Shown here: piece after piece, positions 1-11,198 of the stretch
Numbering within the stretch: the first letter of the stretch is position 1
Layout: the number at the start of each line of letters is the position of its first letter
Assembly (NCBI GenBank): GCA_034226945.1
Contig: CP120463.1
Span: forward strand, 620,001 to 684,000
From: Picochlorum sp. SENEW3
Lineage: Eukaryota
DNA: 64,000 nt
Direction of reading: 5' to 3'
Notes under the pieces: generated by a model
Database searches by the model: none
Told to the model about the DNA's origin: nothing
The model's input: only the letters and a program-made list of their open reading frames with translations
Made by a program: the position numbers and the translations under genes

Positions 1-802
1 CTGCATCACCTATGAACGGGTGGACGTCTTGATTTGGCAATCTATGTGCGCCTTGCACTACTTTTTGAACCATAATGCGGGACTCCAAACTTGCATTCCA
101 CAATCGTTTCTGGGCTTTGACACAGAGAGCCTTTCTATATTCTTTTGCCGCTCTATCTTTAAGTTCCTCTGCAACTTGAGCTTCTGCCTCTTCCACATCT
201 TCTATTTCTTTCTCTAGCATATCGGCTTCATCATCTACATGGGCATGTCTCTCTGTGGAATAAAGAGGTGCTCCATCGTCTTCTTCTTCTTCTTCTTCTT
301 CTTGCTCCTCCTCGCTGTCACTATCATCGTCTTCATGGCTGCTCTCATCATCAGAGATGGAATCAGAGGCATCGCCATTCACTCGCTCATCGTCACCGAA
401 GAATGTCTTTCTGCTAGAGTGTTTCCCAATGTACAGCTCCTCATCTCCACCCAAATCTATATTGCTACGAAGGCGTCTCCCCTCTTTCCCTCTACATGTC
501 ACACCAGAATAGGATCAGTATCATATCTCAAAAGGATCAGATACCAGTCAGGAATAGAAACATGAGCAACGCACCGAGACAAAAACCCTGTATCCACCTG
601 ACCCAAAATCTCCTCATCCGAGTCCTCCAGCACTGCTCCCTCCTCCAAACCGTCCTGTTCAGGATCAATCTCTGCATACATACACATAACCATCGTCATC
701 AGACGGCCATCGTTAATATTGCAGCGAGAAGAACCCACCTGACCGAGGTGCAGGCCTCGTCAGTTCTGCAATCTCTTCAGCAAAGCTCTTCTTCTTTGCC
801 AT
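1..802 (-). CDS. AATF: AATF/BFR2-like ribosome biogenesis factor, 5' part (spliced; runs off window start)
   Basis: Manual minus-strand translation: MAKKKSFAEEIAELTRPAP...EIDPEQDG, acidic tract, then KALCVKAQKRLWNASLESRIMVQK...HRLP, matching the AATF/Bfr2 motif VKxQxxLWxxxLExRIxxQK...LP. Confidence 0.75.
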
Positions 803-1316
803 GCCTATCCAATTCTACGTTTATTGCATAAATCTTCAGAATGTATCAATTCTGCTCAATCTCAGCCTCTTTCGCGCTCCAAATAGCGATTAATTCAATG
901 CACAGACATGCATGGGAATGGCACCAAATATGCTACGAATTCACGGCCACCACAATATCTTATAAAATTATACTCTTTTTAAGAAATGTAATTTTACATC
1001 CACATCCCTGGCCAGGTCGCCTCAGACATCAGTCGGGGCACCCAGGACTCTGTAAAAAGAAGTTTAAAAACCAACCCCCCCAAAAGCAAAGAAAACTGCT
1101 TACATTACTTCGAAATCTGAATACTTTCTCTCATATCAAGTATATACTGCGATGTGGTATAGAACATTAAATCACCGGCCTTTCTATTTATTCTCTTCAT
1201 TCATTGAGGTTACTGTACATGAACCCACACACGTGCACACCAAAGCATTCGCATACACAAGCAAGGTAGTATGCTGAGTACCAACAACAATCTGCCGTGT
1301 GCGTTGTATACAATAT

Positions 1317-2012
1317 TTAGTCTGTTCGTTGAGAGAACTGAATGCTCAAGTCACGTTCACCAAACATGAACCGGATCGGTTGAATCGTTTTCACAGCATT
1401 CATTTCGAATGTAGCAATCCATGTGCTAAGAGGCATAGTAGTCGTACCACACAAGTCAGTGGCATGCTTGAGTTTGGTTGGCTGCAACCCTGCGGCTTCA
1501 AGAGCTGCCTTGGCAAAGCGTTGGTCGAGTATGGGAATGGACTCTTGTTCGTCCCACAAGTCGATGACGTACTGTTGCTCACAATCCGGCCATAAAACCT
1601 CAACCTCGTGCTCGTGATTGTCAATAACCATTGGGATTGTATCACCTGGGGCCAGGGCATGCACATGTTCTACCACGTCATCCACAGTGACATACGAGCA
1701 TTGTAAGACGGCTGTGCTGTTGGACTTTTCTGCTTTAAAAGATTTTGTGCCATAACGCCAACAGGTTTCAATGTCGTGGCGCACAAATGTACCTTTTGGC
1801 ATCTGCTCAGTCAGTAGCTTTTCGCAGCTGTCTTTGAACAAGCCCATCTGATGCTCTATATACACATTCGACGCATGATTGCAGTACCAAAATTCCCGAG
1901 GATTTGGAATTTTCATCCAAAACTGGAATTTGACAGGGCGAGCAGTGTCACAAGCACCCAAAACAACTGGGTTTGACATATTCCTGGTTTCGGAAGGATC
2001 TGATATCCTCAT
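1317..2012 (-). CDS. Intronless hypothetical protein, 231 aa (orphan)
   Basis: Long ATG-initiated ORF not overlapping another gene; TATA-like TATAAAAAGG about 40 nt upstream; no recognised domain. Confidence 0.6.
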   Translation of the reverse strand: MRISDPSETRNMSNPVVLGACDTARPVKFQFWMKIPNPREFWYCNHASNVYIEHQMGLFKDSCEKLLTEQMPKGTFVRHDIETCWRYGTKSFKAEKSNSTAVLQCSYVTVDDVVEHVHALAPGDTIPMVIDNHEHEVEVLWPDCEQQYVIDLWDEQESIPILDQRFAKAALEAAGLQPTKLKHATDLCGTTTMPLSTWIATFEMNAVKTIQPIRFMFGERDLSIQFSQRTD

Positions 2013-2053
2013 TTAGAGCGAGTAATGATGGGTTTTGTGTTTAAATCCTAATT

Positions 2054-2063
2054 CCTTTTTATA
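2054..2063 (-). promoter_or_regulatory. TATA-box-like element for the 1317-2012 ORF
   Basis: Minus strand reads TATAAAAAGG just upstream of the ATG at 2012. Confidence 0.45.
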
Positions 2064-2236
2064 GTACCTTTTCCGATAGAGCAGAAGGCAAGGATAGGGC
2101 CCATCATCGCTAGAGTTTGCGCGCGGCTTTTGTAAATAGAACATAAAGAAGCATGCAAGACAGACAATCAAGAAAGCCATCTGCTGCCTACCAATCTCAT
2201 TATATTACAATATTTGGTGTTTTTTCCCTTACAGAG

Positions 2237-4975
2237 ATGTCTGATTTGGATGAATCTGTACAAGATGGGCGGACAGAGTCGTATTCCTCCACAGACGAGT
2301 CGCTTGTCGACGTTGTGGAGCGGAATAGCGATGAACAGCTTCCTACTGATCGGATAATTGATTTAAGTATTGAATGCAATACAAAGGAGAACGAGGATGA
2401 GAAGGCCACGTCGATGACATGTACCAACACAGTGGACAGTTGCAGTGACGTTTCAGAAAATACTGGAGGGGCTCGTGCTGCTTCACGGAATCCATATAGT
2501 ACTAGTGTTGCATGGAAATTATGCATGCAGGAACGATACTCAGAATGCCTGCGGGTGTTGGATGAAGAGGGGCTTTTGCATTGCCCTCGTGCTGGGCAGG
2601 AGTTGCAGGTGGATGCCCTGTGTCTGCAAGGGATTTGTCATGTTGAAGGCCATGGGCAGCGGGCGCATGCCCTTGCGTGCTTTGCTGGAGCTTTGGCACG
2701 GGATCCGATGCATACAAGGTCTCTGATGTATTATGCGACGCTTCAAAAGGAGGCAAAGAAGTTTGATGTTGCACTTGAGATGATTGAAAAGGCGTACAAT
2801 ACAGTGTGTATGGGGGATGATAGTGATGGGTGTTTTCGGCCATCGAAAGATGATGTGTGCCATGTATATGCCAATATATTAACTGATGCTGGCACGGAGG
2901 ATAAGCTGCAGGGGAAGGACGGATGGGAGGATAAATACAGAAAGTCTATAGAATTGTGTCCTAGACATGCTCCTGCACACTATAATCTAGGTGTGGCTGC
3001 AGCAGAAGCGGACGATATGCATAAAGCAATAGAATGGTATCAAGGTGCTGTGGAGATTCATCCTGGGTATGTCGAGGCTTTGTGCAATATGGGGGTGGCA
3101 CAACAGCAGCTTGGTAGATTGGAAGATGCTATAGAATCGTACCAAAAGGCATATACTTTGGCGCCCACTGTAGACATGGTTGTCAAAAATTTGGCTGTTG
3201 CATTGAACTTGTATGGAACAGAAGTAAAAGATGTGCGAGGGGATTTGCAGGAGGCTATCAGGTTATATGAGAAGGCTGTGTCAATTTTGCCAACATGTGT
3301 TGAAGCGTTGTACAATCTTGGCGTTGCGTACGCTGAAGCTGGGGATATTGATAAAGCAATATTTGCCTACCGTTGTACGATACGAGAGAACAATACATGT
3401 GCGGAGGCGCACAATAATCTGGGTGTTCTGTATAGGATGAAGGGACAGATGCACTTGGCATTGGCATCCTATGAAGCTGCCCTTGAAGCTCGACCAGATT
3501 TTCCTCAAGGGTTGAATAATGTAGCAGTCATGTATACTCAACAAGGAAAAGCGTCTATGGCCTTTAATGTACTACAGGCTGCCATTATGGCGGATCAAAC
3601 CTATGCCGAGGCGTGGAACAATCTTGGTGTGTTGCAGAGGGATGTGGGAGAAGCACAAGCTGCCTTGGAGAGTTACAGGAAATGTTGCGCTCTGGAGCCT
3701 CAGAATCGTAATGCTGGACAGAACTTACTTTTAGGTCTGAACTATTTGTATGATGGAGACGAAAGGGAAATCTGCGAAGCACACATGCAATGGGGTGTCA
3801 AGTTTCGGGAGCTGCATCCAATGCTGCCTGTGTGTGATAAGGATGTGCGAAGGAATCACAAAAAAATACGGCTTGGTTACGTATCTCCAGACTTTTTCAT
3901 CCACTCAGTGTCATTCTTTGCTGAAGCACCCATCAAGAGTTTCAACAGAGGATTGTTCGAGGTGACTATATATTCTGTGTGTGCCAACCCTGATGAAAAG
4001 ACTGCACGGCTTAAACGTGAGGTTGAATCATACGGGGGCATATGGAAGGATGTTTCTTCATTATCGGAGAGCCAGTTGGCTGATGTTGTACGGAGTGATG
4101 AGATTGATATTCTTATCGATTTGACTGGCCACACTGCTAATAATAGGCTAGGAACCTTTGCCATGAAGCCAGCACCTGTGCAGGTGACATGGATTGGATA
4201 TCCCAATACCACAGGCCTTGAAACAATGGACTATAGAATAACGGACTCTTTATGCGACCCACTGGATACAAAACAGCAATATACTGAAAATCTGGTCAGA
4301 CTGGACGATTTCTTCCTTTGCTATACGCCATGTCCAGAAGTGCCGTGTGTTGCTCCCTTGCCAGCAGACACCAATGGATACGTCACATTTGGATCATTCA
4401 ACGCATTAGCAAAGCAGACTCCAGATGTGCTGCGAACATGGTCAAAAATCCTCTGTAGTGTACCAAATTCGAGGTTGGTCATGAAGAATAAACCATTTGC
4501 TTGCGAATCAGTCAAGCAAAAATACTGGCACATGTTTGAAGAGTTGGGCATCTCACGAGATCGCATCGATCTTCTACCATTGGCGCCCACAACAGAGAGA
4601 CACCTCGATCAGTATTCTATGATTGACATTTGCTTGGATCCGTTCCCATACGCGGGAACAACAACAACCGCAGAGGCCTTGTACATGGGAGTTCCCTGCC
4701 TCACGATGAGAGGCAATGGCCATGCCCATAATGTTGGTGTCAGCATGATTACCCACGTCGGGCTGGGCGATGAATGGATCGCTGAATCAAAGCAGGACTA
4801 TATCAACAAGGCCAAAGAAGCTGCCAGTAATATACAGGCATTAGGGCACCTCCGCTCGTCGCTGAGGAGCCTCATGTCGTCCTCTCCAGTGTGCAATGTC
4901 TCTCTTTTCATGGACAATTTCGAAAGAAAACTCTCAGGCATGTGGGATGACTACCTGGTATCCCCATCCATTTGA
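2237..4975 (+). CDS. SPY: SPINDLY-type protein O-fucosyltransferase (TPR repeats + GT41 domain)
   Basis: About 10 TPRs (AHYNLGV, AHNNLGV, AWNNLGV), then NAGQNLLLGLNY, GYVSPDFFIHSV, DLTGHTANNRLG, WIGYPNTTGL, LDPFPYAGTTTTAEALYMGVP; ORF is open from 2153, start at 2237 assumed. Confidence 0.93.
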   Translation: MSDLDESVQDGRTESYSSTDESLVDVVERNSDEQLPTDRIIDLSIECNTKENEDEKATSMTCTNTVDSCSDVSENTGGARAASRNPYSTSVAWKLCMQERYSECLRVLDEEGLLHCPRAGQELQVDALCLQGICHVEGHGQRAHALACFAGALARDPMHTRSLMYYATLQKEAKKFDVALEMIEKAYNTVCMGDDSDGCFRPSKDDVCHVYANILTDAGTEDKLQGKDGWEDKYRKSIELCPRHAPAHYNLGVAAAEADDMHKAIEWYQGAVEIHPGYVEALCNMGVAQQQLGRLEDAIESYQKAYTLAPTVDMVVKNLAVALNLYGTEVKDVRGDLQEAIRLYEKAVSILPTCVEALYNLGVAYAEAGDIDKAIFAYRCTIRENNTCAEAHNNLGVLYRMKGQMHLALASYEAALEARPDFPQGLNNVAVMYTQQGKASMAFNVLQAAIMADQTYAEAWNNLGVLQRDVGEAQAALESYRKCCALEPQNRNAGQNLLLGLNYLYDGDEREICEAHMQWGVKFRELHPMLPVCDKDVRRNHKKIRLGYVSPDFFIHSVSFFAEAPIKSFNRGLFEVTIYSVCANPDEKTARLKREVESYGGIWKDVSSLSESQLADVVRSDEIDILIDLTGHTANNRLGTFAMKPAPVQVTWIGYPNTTGLETMDYRITDSLCDPLDTKQQYTENLVRLDDFFLCYTPCPEVPCVAPLPADTNGYVTFGSFNALAKQTPDVLRTWSKILCSVPNSRLVMKNKPFACESVKQKYWHMFEELGISRDRIDLLPLAPTTERHLDQYSMIDICLDPFPYAGTTTTAEALYMGVPCLTMRGNGHAHNVGVSMITHVGLGDEWIAESKQDYINKAKEAASNIQALGHLRSSLRSLMSSSPVCNVSLFMDNFERKLSGMWDDYLVSPSI

Positions 4976-5015
4976 TTATTATTATTATTTATCTAGTAAA
5001 AGATATTCTGAGTGT

Positions 5016-6080
5016 ATGCTTGTGATTCTGTTCGATATTCACGCATGGACGGGTGGAGGTCCTGGAGAGATGTCCTCCCAACCTCCTCAAGGATTAGACG
5101 TCAACGACTTCATCAGACACGTACGGGCTATTATGGCGATACTTATATGATTTAATACTCACGAATTAATTACTTAATGCAGTTGTGCGTGTTTATCAGA
5201 GCTCTAGGGCTGCAACGGGATGATTTAAACATGTCTGTCTTTTTAGTCGACTCGTCTGGAGACTCTCCAGCGAACGTGCTGTTGGGGTCCACGTTACACG
5301 ACTGCCAGGGAAGCGATGCAAATGATACTGCTAGTAAAGAGGTACCTGGATCGAACGATGTATGTGACACCCTGATTGAGAGGCTACGGGATATTATTGT
5401 AGACAAACAGAAGAGCACAACAGACAGCAGGGCCAGTGCTCCTCCATGGGGAAGTGCCTTGGTGCAAGCATTATGCCACGTGAAAAAACATTCTATACGT
5501 CAAATAGAGCAGAATGATGTGGGCGTAGAAAGCTCTCGTATTCTCTGTATAGCAACGTCTCAGGATGACTCATCCAAGTATCTGACATTCATGAATGCAG
5601 TGTTTGCATCACAGGTATGTTGTATATATCCTTTCGTCGATCCTACGTCCTGTATAATAATAATGATGATTTACGGGTGCAGAGAGATGGAATTACGATC
5701 GATTGCTGCCATCTCGGATCGAAAGATTCGTCGCTATTCCAGCAAGCCTGTCTGCTCACAGGCGGCTTGCACATGAGACCAGCACGACCCAAGTCACTCT
5801 TAGAATACCTCATGGTACGCCTCGTTCTTTGCAATAGACGATGAATTCATCAATGAATAACACTGTATCAACATATACATCCATGCAGACCGCATATATA
5901 GCTGATGAAGACGTACGAAAAGACCTCAGGTATCCCTCAGCACAGGGCATTGACTTTCGAGCATCCTGCTTCTGCCATCACACATTAATCGACATGGGCT
6001 ACGTATGCAGCGTATGCCTCTCCGTCTTTTGCGAAAAACACTCAATATGTCTTACATGTGGTTCAGAATTTACTATTTAA
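5016..6080 (+). CDS. TFB4: TFIIH subunit Tfb4/p34 (GTF2H3), 3 introns
   Basis: vWA-like core (ALVQALC, SRILC, YLTFMNAVFASQ, QQACLLTGG) and C-terminal IDFRASCFCH...GYVCSVCLSVFC...CLTC zinc finger; GT-AG introns near 5121, 5615 and 5815. Confidence 0.88.
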
Positions 6081-6095
6081 TACACTCTGTGGTTT

Positions 6096-7455
6096 TCAAA
6101 CCCATTTTTTTAATCTATCAGCATATGCCTTGCGTTGTTTCTCCACCATATCTGGGTGCTTCTCAGCCAGATTGTAATACTTTAGGTACCCATCCCACGG
6201 AGCCACCTTTAACCGCGCTCTATCTGCAATTAACTTTTGAATCCGCGCTGCAAAATCAGCCGCGCTCTCATGCTCCATTTTCGTCTGCGGTTCCAAAAAC
6301 CACACATCTGCTACCAGGGCCCATGACCTCATAATTTTAAACAAGTGCTGCGAAAAGGACTGCCGCTTTGAGTTCCAAAATGCATCCACGAAAATCTTAT
6401 TATACTTTATCGCTATAGGACACACCGTGGCCCCGAGATCAAAGGCGCCTTTTTTGAACATGACACAGTATTCATTATTCACACACGTCCCCTCTGGGAA
6501 GATGAGCAAGGGCGTTGCATTCTCAGACATGACATGATCCCTCATCTTTTGCGACACAAGCGCTCTATCTTTTGTCTGTGTTCGGTTAAACCAGAGGCAT
6601 CCAAGCGCAGATAAGTACCTCTTCTGCATGATCCCAACCCACCCTTTGTGCAGCTGCATGATGGCTGCAAAGGGGGTAAAGGCAGACAGCACTGCATAGT
6701 CAATCATACTGGTATGGTTTGCCACCCACACCCGCCCAGCCTTTGGTACTGGTCTGGGACCATGATATTTAATAATGCCAGTCCATGAGACGATGAATGC
6801 TTGCGCTAAGAAATGCACCGCAGCCCTCTCCGCCTGTGCTCGACGCTCCCCTCGGAAAATCAGTCCAGCCCCATGAAACAAAATGAAAAAGATGAGGAAT
6901 CCCAGCAACAACGTCACAAGCCTCAGGGGAAACAATATACAATTTCTGACGACAACACCCACGAGCCATAACGGAAATAGATAGAAATTCCAATTCCACG
7001 GATCGTCCATGGACGATTTGAAACACCTTAAAAATGAATCATCCACCACTGCTGCCGCCCCATCATTCAGGGTCGAACTTATATCAAACACATCAGATCT
7101 GCATATACAGCAACCATGTAAAAGATGTCAATATCATTATCAATATCACATGGCTATTATATAGACTCAAGAAGGAAACCCACGCACATGATGGATGGCG
7201 AAGAGTAACATCCTGGTGTGCATTCAGCATCACCCATGTCCTGATGAGCATCATCCAGTAAACTATCAACCTCCATCGACACCTCCCGTTCCAACGTCTT
7301 ATCAACATCTAGATCATCTAAGCGAACATTGCTCCGAAATCGAAGACTCTTCAACCTGCATCATTGCCATATGAGGAGAAAAGAAGAGCAGTAAGACTCC
7401 TGGTGCTCAGAGAGGAGCAACCTTTCGGTTGCATACCTACCACACACAAAACCAT
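6096..7455 (-). CDS. GPAT9: ER glycerol-3-phosphate acyltransferase GPAT9 (spliced; start approximate)
   Basis: VANHTSMID, FPEGTCVNN, FKKGAF, IKYNKIFVDAFWNS and WDGYLKY motifs; PWNWNFYLFPLW N-terminal signature. Confidence 0.92.
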
Positions 7456-7737
7456 GATATACTTGTATCATTACATAACATACGTTGATAAGCCACCATT
7501 TATGGGCGTATTACTCGGTTGTCTTTCAAATTGAACATTTTTACCCGGAGACATGTCCGTCGCATTTACAACAGTCTTTCGACGGGTCATTCTCGTATCT
7601 CTTTAGTCCTGATGACTACGCGAATTAATCATATATATTCTATGAATACTACAATAATAAATATCAAAACTGTGGGGGACAATCCACACGACCTCGTATT
7701 GGATTGGATTCCACCATGGGTGCCACGAGTATCATTA

Positions 7738-8955
7738 TTACAGCCCTTGTTGCTGGGCTGCATTACTGGATGCAATCCAAGCTTGTAATGTATCAGCTGG
7801 ACGACCCTGTCGTTGCACTTCTTGCGCCATGGCGATACCCTCCTTGACATCAGATGCCACTCGCGCAGCAGCAAGCGCGACACCAGCATTCAGATTCAGG
7901 GCATCAGCGACAGCATTTCGACTTCCACCAAACACATCCCTCAGAATCTGGGCATTCAAAGCAGCATCTCCACCTGCTAGGTCTTTTACTTCACATCTGG
8001 GTATTCCAAAATCTTTTGGGTCGATTTCATATCGCCGTAAAGTCCCTGATGATGCCTCCACCACGGTTGCCGGTCCCATGGGTGTGAGTTCATCCAACCC
8101 CATGGAATGCACGACCAGCGCCTTTTCAATCCCCATCAGCTGAGCAGCATTCGCCATGAGATCACTAATATCAGTAGAATATACGCCGATGAGCGCGTAT
8201 TTCGCACGGGCAGGGTTCAACAAAGGCCCCAGCATGTTGAATGCTGTTCGAACTCCCAAGGCACTCCGCACCGGTCTGACAACCTTCATCGCTGGATGAA
8301 ATGTCGGCGCAAACATGAATCCAAGGCCAGCTTCTTCGATACATTTCGCGATTCCTTCCGGCCCTAATTCGAGAGCCACACCCAATTCTTCCACAACATC
8401 TCCACTTCCGCACAGACTGGACACTGATCGACTCCCATGCTTTGCCACCTTTGCCCCCGCAGCAGCAGCCACCACAGTCGCCCCAGTAGATATATTCACC
8501 GATCCTATACCATCCCCTCCAGTCCCTACTATATCCAAAACGTCATACGGTGTCTCCACGCGAAGACACAGATCATCCATGGCCTTTGCCATCCCTGCAA
8601 TCTCCTCTGGGGTCTCCCCCTTTGCTCTCAAGAGAACAACAAACGCAGCCATCTGCGCAGGATTTTCTGCACCATTCTGCACAAGCTCATATAAACTCTG
8701 TCGGGCCTCATCCTCCGATAAATCCTTACCATCCATGAGTTTCTCAAGAATGTCTCTAAACACAATTGGCTGAGCAGCACACGCAACTGCTCTATTCTTC
8801 TGCCTTCTTTGCGATTGTGTATGATCCCATGTACTATCTATGAATGTTTTTGAGCGATTGCGTGGTCTATAGGTCACTCCTCTATTCTGGCGAAGAAGAC
8901 CAGAATAATGTGGATTGCCTAGACAAAATGGGGTGTGGGGTATGGATATCTGCAT
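7738..8955 (-). CDS. trpD: Anthranilate phosphoribosyltransferase, plastid
   Basis: DIVGTGGDG, NIST, AKHGSRSVSSLCGS, FHPAMK, RTAFNMLGPLLNP and GLDE motifs; transit-peptide-like N-terminus; start at 8955 assumed. Confidence 0.95.
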   Translation of the reverse strand: MQISIPHTPFCLGNPHYSGLLRQNRGVTYRPRNRSKTFIDSTWDHTQSQRRQKNRAVACAAQPIVFRDILEKLMDGKDLSEDEARQSLYELVQNGAENPAQMAAFVVLLRAKGETPEEIAGMAKAMDDLCLRVETPYDVLDIVGTGGDGIGSVNISTGATVVAAAAGAKVAKHGSRSVSSLCGSGDVVEELGVALELGPEGIAKCIEEAGLGFMFAPTFHPAMKVVRPVRSALGVRTAFNMLGPLLNPARAKYALIGVYSTDISDLMANAAQLMGIEKALVVHSMGLDELTPMGPATVVEASSGTLRRYEIDPKDFGIPRCEVKDLAGGDAALNAQILRDVFGGSRNAVADALNLNAGVALAAARVASDVKEGIAMAQEVQRQGRPADTLQAWIASSNAAQQQGL

Positions 8956-9251
8956 TCTGGCTAGTATGAATCTTCCTATTACCAATAATATGTCAGAATC
9001 TAAAGTATTCCATCTTGATACGCGACTCATGGGACACTGTCGGTGTTTCTTTTTCCTTTCCTTTCCTTGTAGGATATCGAGGAGACGATGCTTCCCATTG
9101 CTTCCAGGCTTGGATGGGAACACTATGGTATGGACAGAGGATATCTCTTCATCAGGGATTTTGCAAGTGTCGATCGACACCCCATCATGGTCACGAGGAC
9201 TCCCATCCTAGCACATTGTGCTAATTTTTTATAGATATTATACGACACATC

Positions 9252-10226
9252 ATGCAGACGACGTTTGATCGTGGTCTCGTGGGGTCCAGTCCCAGATACG
9301 ACAGAGTATCTCCACCCGCGAGAGTCGTCGGGAGAGGATTGAGCCACATATCAGTACCAAGCATTCCTGAGAGCGATACAAGCGGCATTAAGAGTAGTAC
9401 GAGTGCATGGGTACGCGGAAGCAGCAGCCATGGACCAAATACAGCAAGACCATGGCTGGCTGGTCGTCTTGCAGCGGCCAGTACCTCGAATACCACGACG
9501 GCGAATTCTGATTTAGCAATCATGCAGTGGACTGGAGATGAGGAGCAAGTGAAAGCGTTGAATAGATTGCGTGATGCTATGGCATCCACAGAATTTGGAG
9601 ATGAGGTGACAGACGAGCAGCTGCGCTGGTTTCTGTTGGATAGAAAGATGCAGGTGGATGCTGCTGCGGAGAAGCTGGTGAAAATGTTAGCATGGAGGAA
9701 AGATTTTGGAGCTGATTCTATCACAACAACGGATGTGGCGCAGGAAGCAGCAACAGGCAAAGCCTACCTTCATACCCATTATGATGTCCAGAAGAGGCCT
9801 GTGATTGTGGTCAGGGCTGCAAAGCATGTGAAAGATGCTGCTCCTCTTCTCCATAGTCAACAGCTTTGTGTATACACTCTTGAGAGGGCGTTAGAAAAGC
9901 TACCAGAGGGGCAGGATACTGTGCTTGGTATATTCGACCTGAGGGGATTCCAGTCCAGGAATGCAGACATGGGATTTGTAAAGTTTATCGTTGACATCTT
10001 CTTCACCTACTATCCAAAGCGCCTGAGTCAGGTGTTGTTTGTCGATGCACCTTGGATTTTCAAGCCTGGGTGGGAGATGATGAAGCCATGGTTGAAAAAG
10101 TATGCTGCCTTGGTTCGATTTGTGTCTGCTGATGAGGTGCGACGGGACTACTTTACTCCAGAGACCCTTCCTGAGGATTTCAAACCACCTGGGTTCCCTC
10201 GCACGCGCCCATCTTCTTCAAAGTGA
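9252..10226 (+). CDS. CRAL-TRIO/Sec14 lipid-binding protein
   Basis: LRWFLLDRK...LAWRKDFG, GKAYLH.HYDVQKRPV, IFDLRGF, YYPKRLSQVLFVDAPWIFKPGW. Confidence 0.9.
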   Translation: MQTTFDRGLVGSSPRYDRVSPPARVVGRGLSHISVPSIPESDTSGIKSSTSAWVRGSSSHGPNTARPWLAGRLAAASTSNTTTANSDLAIMQWTGDEEQVKALNRLRDAMASTEFGDEVTDEQLRWFLLDRKMQVDAAAEKLVKMLAWRKDFGADSITTTDVAQEAATGKAYLHTHYDVQKRPVIVVRAAKHVKDAAPLLHSQQLCVYTLERALEKLPEGQDTVLGIFDLRGFQSRNADMGFVKFIVDIFFTYYPKRLSQVLFVDAPWIFKPGWEMMKPWLKKYAALVRFVSADEVRRDYFTPETLPEDFKPPGFPRTRPSSSK

Positions 10227-10309
10227 TGATGATTTTATTCTTCTTCTTTTTCTGTGTGTCGAACAACTAGTATTCTATCTATGAATTACAAATATATATG
10301 GGTTCAAAG

Positions 10310-10963
10310 TTATCTCAAACGACGAGCTTCACGCTCAGACTCCATCAATGTGAGAATATCTCCCTCGCGGACTGGTCCCTTGACATTACGCATGATCAGA
10401 CGGTTCTGGTCATCTAAGAACTTGACGCGAACCTGTGTCACCTGACCTCTGCTTCCAGTTCTACCAATCACTTTCATCACAATGGCAAGTTTGATTCCAG
10501 AATCCTACACAATTCAAAAGTAATGATTGGGGTGAGTCTATTTTATCCGCCGTATACAAAACGAATGACATGAAGAAGGAAGAACAACAAGAAGAATGTG
10601 AGCAAGACTTGTCCCTTGCTTGCTCTCTGTCTGTCGCTGTCTCCTGACCGATGCAGATCACGTATTACCATGTCCAATCAGAAGAAAAAAATAAGAGGCA
10701 GAAAATCCATGAAAAGAGAGCGGGTAATTTTGAGAAGACTCCACCGCCGCACTTGGCGTCGTCTTGGCAATCTCCATTCTTCCGCCACTCTCATGGGATC
10801 AAACACCGTCCTTTTATTTATTTATCTTCTTCTTTTTCATGGTAGTTACATGACATGTCTCTGGCCACCTTGGGTGCCGTTCTCAAAGATTTGGCAATGC
10901 CGCAGCCGCGCAGTCACAGAGACAACCGTGCTTCTTCTTCTCTGTCGCATTAAGACGTACCAT
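10310..10963 (-). CDS. RPS28: 40S ribosomal protein S28 (ATG-only first exon at 10963 or 10671; main exon 10504-10310)
   Basis: Manual translation [64 protein letters not shown]; absent from the ORF track. Confidence 0.95.
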
Positions 10964-11198
10964 GATGTCTATTTATATATTGATCAATACCGCAGTAGTA
11001 TTTGAATTAATAATTGTGCTCAACGGAGCAGTCTCCATACGCCTGTTGGAGTCCATACACGACAACTCGGTTCTGGTGGACAAAGTAATTCGTTAGACTA
11101 TGGACCCAGTGCTCTTATTATGCGTCTCATTCTCTCTAAAACCAAATAGACAGTATTTAATTGTATTGATGGTATGGATATAATTCTCTGGTACTAGT

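Noticed and set aside
277..302. (TTC)n and other triplet runs (also 43501, 45107, 50450)
   Set aside because: Ordinary microsatellites or acidic low-complexity coding tracts
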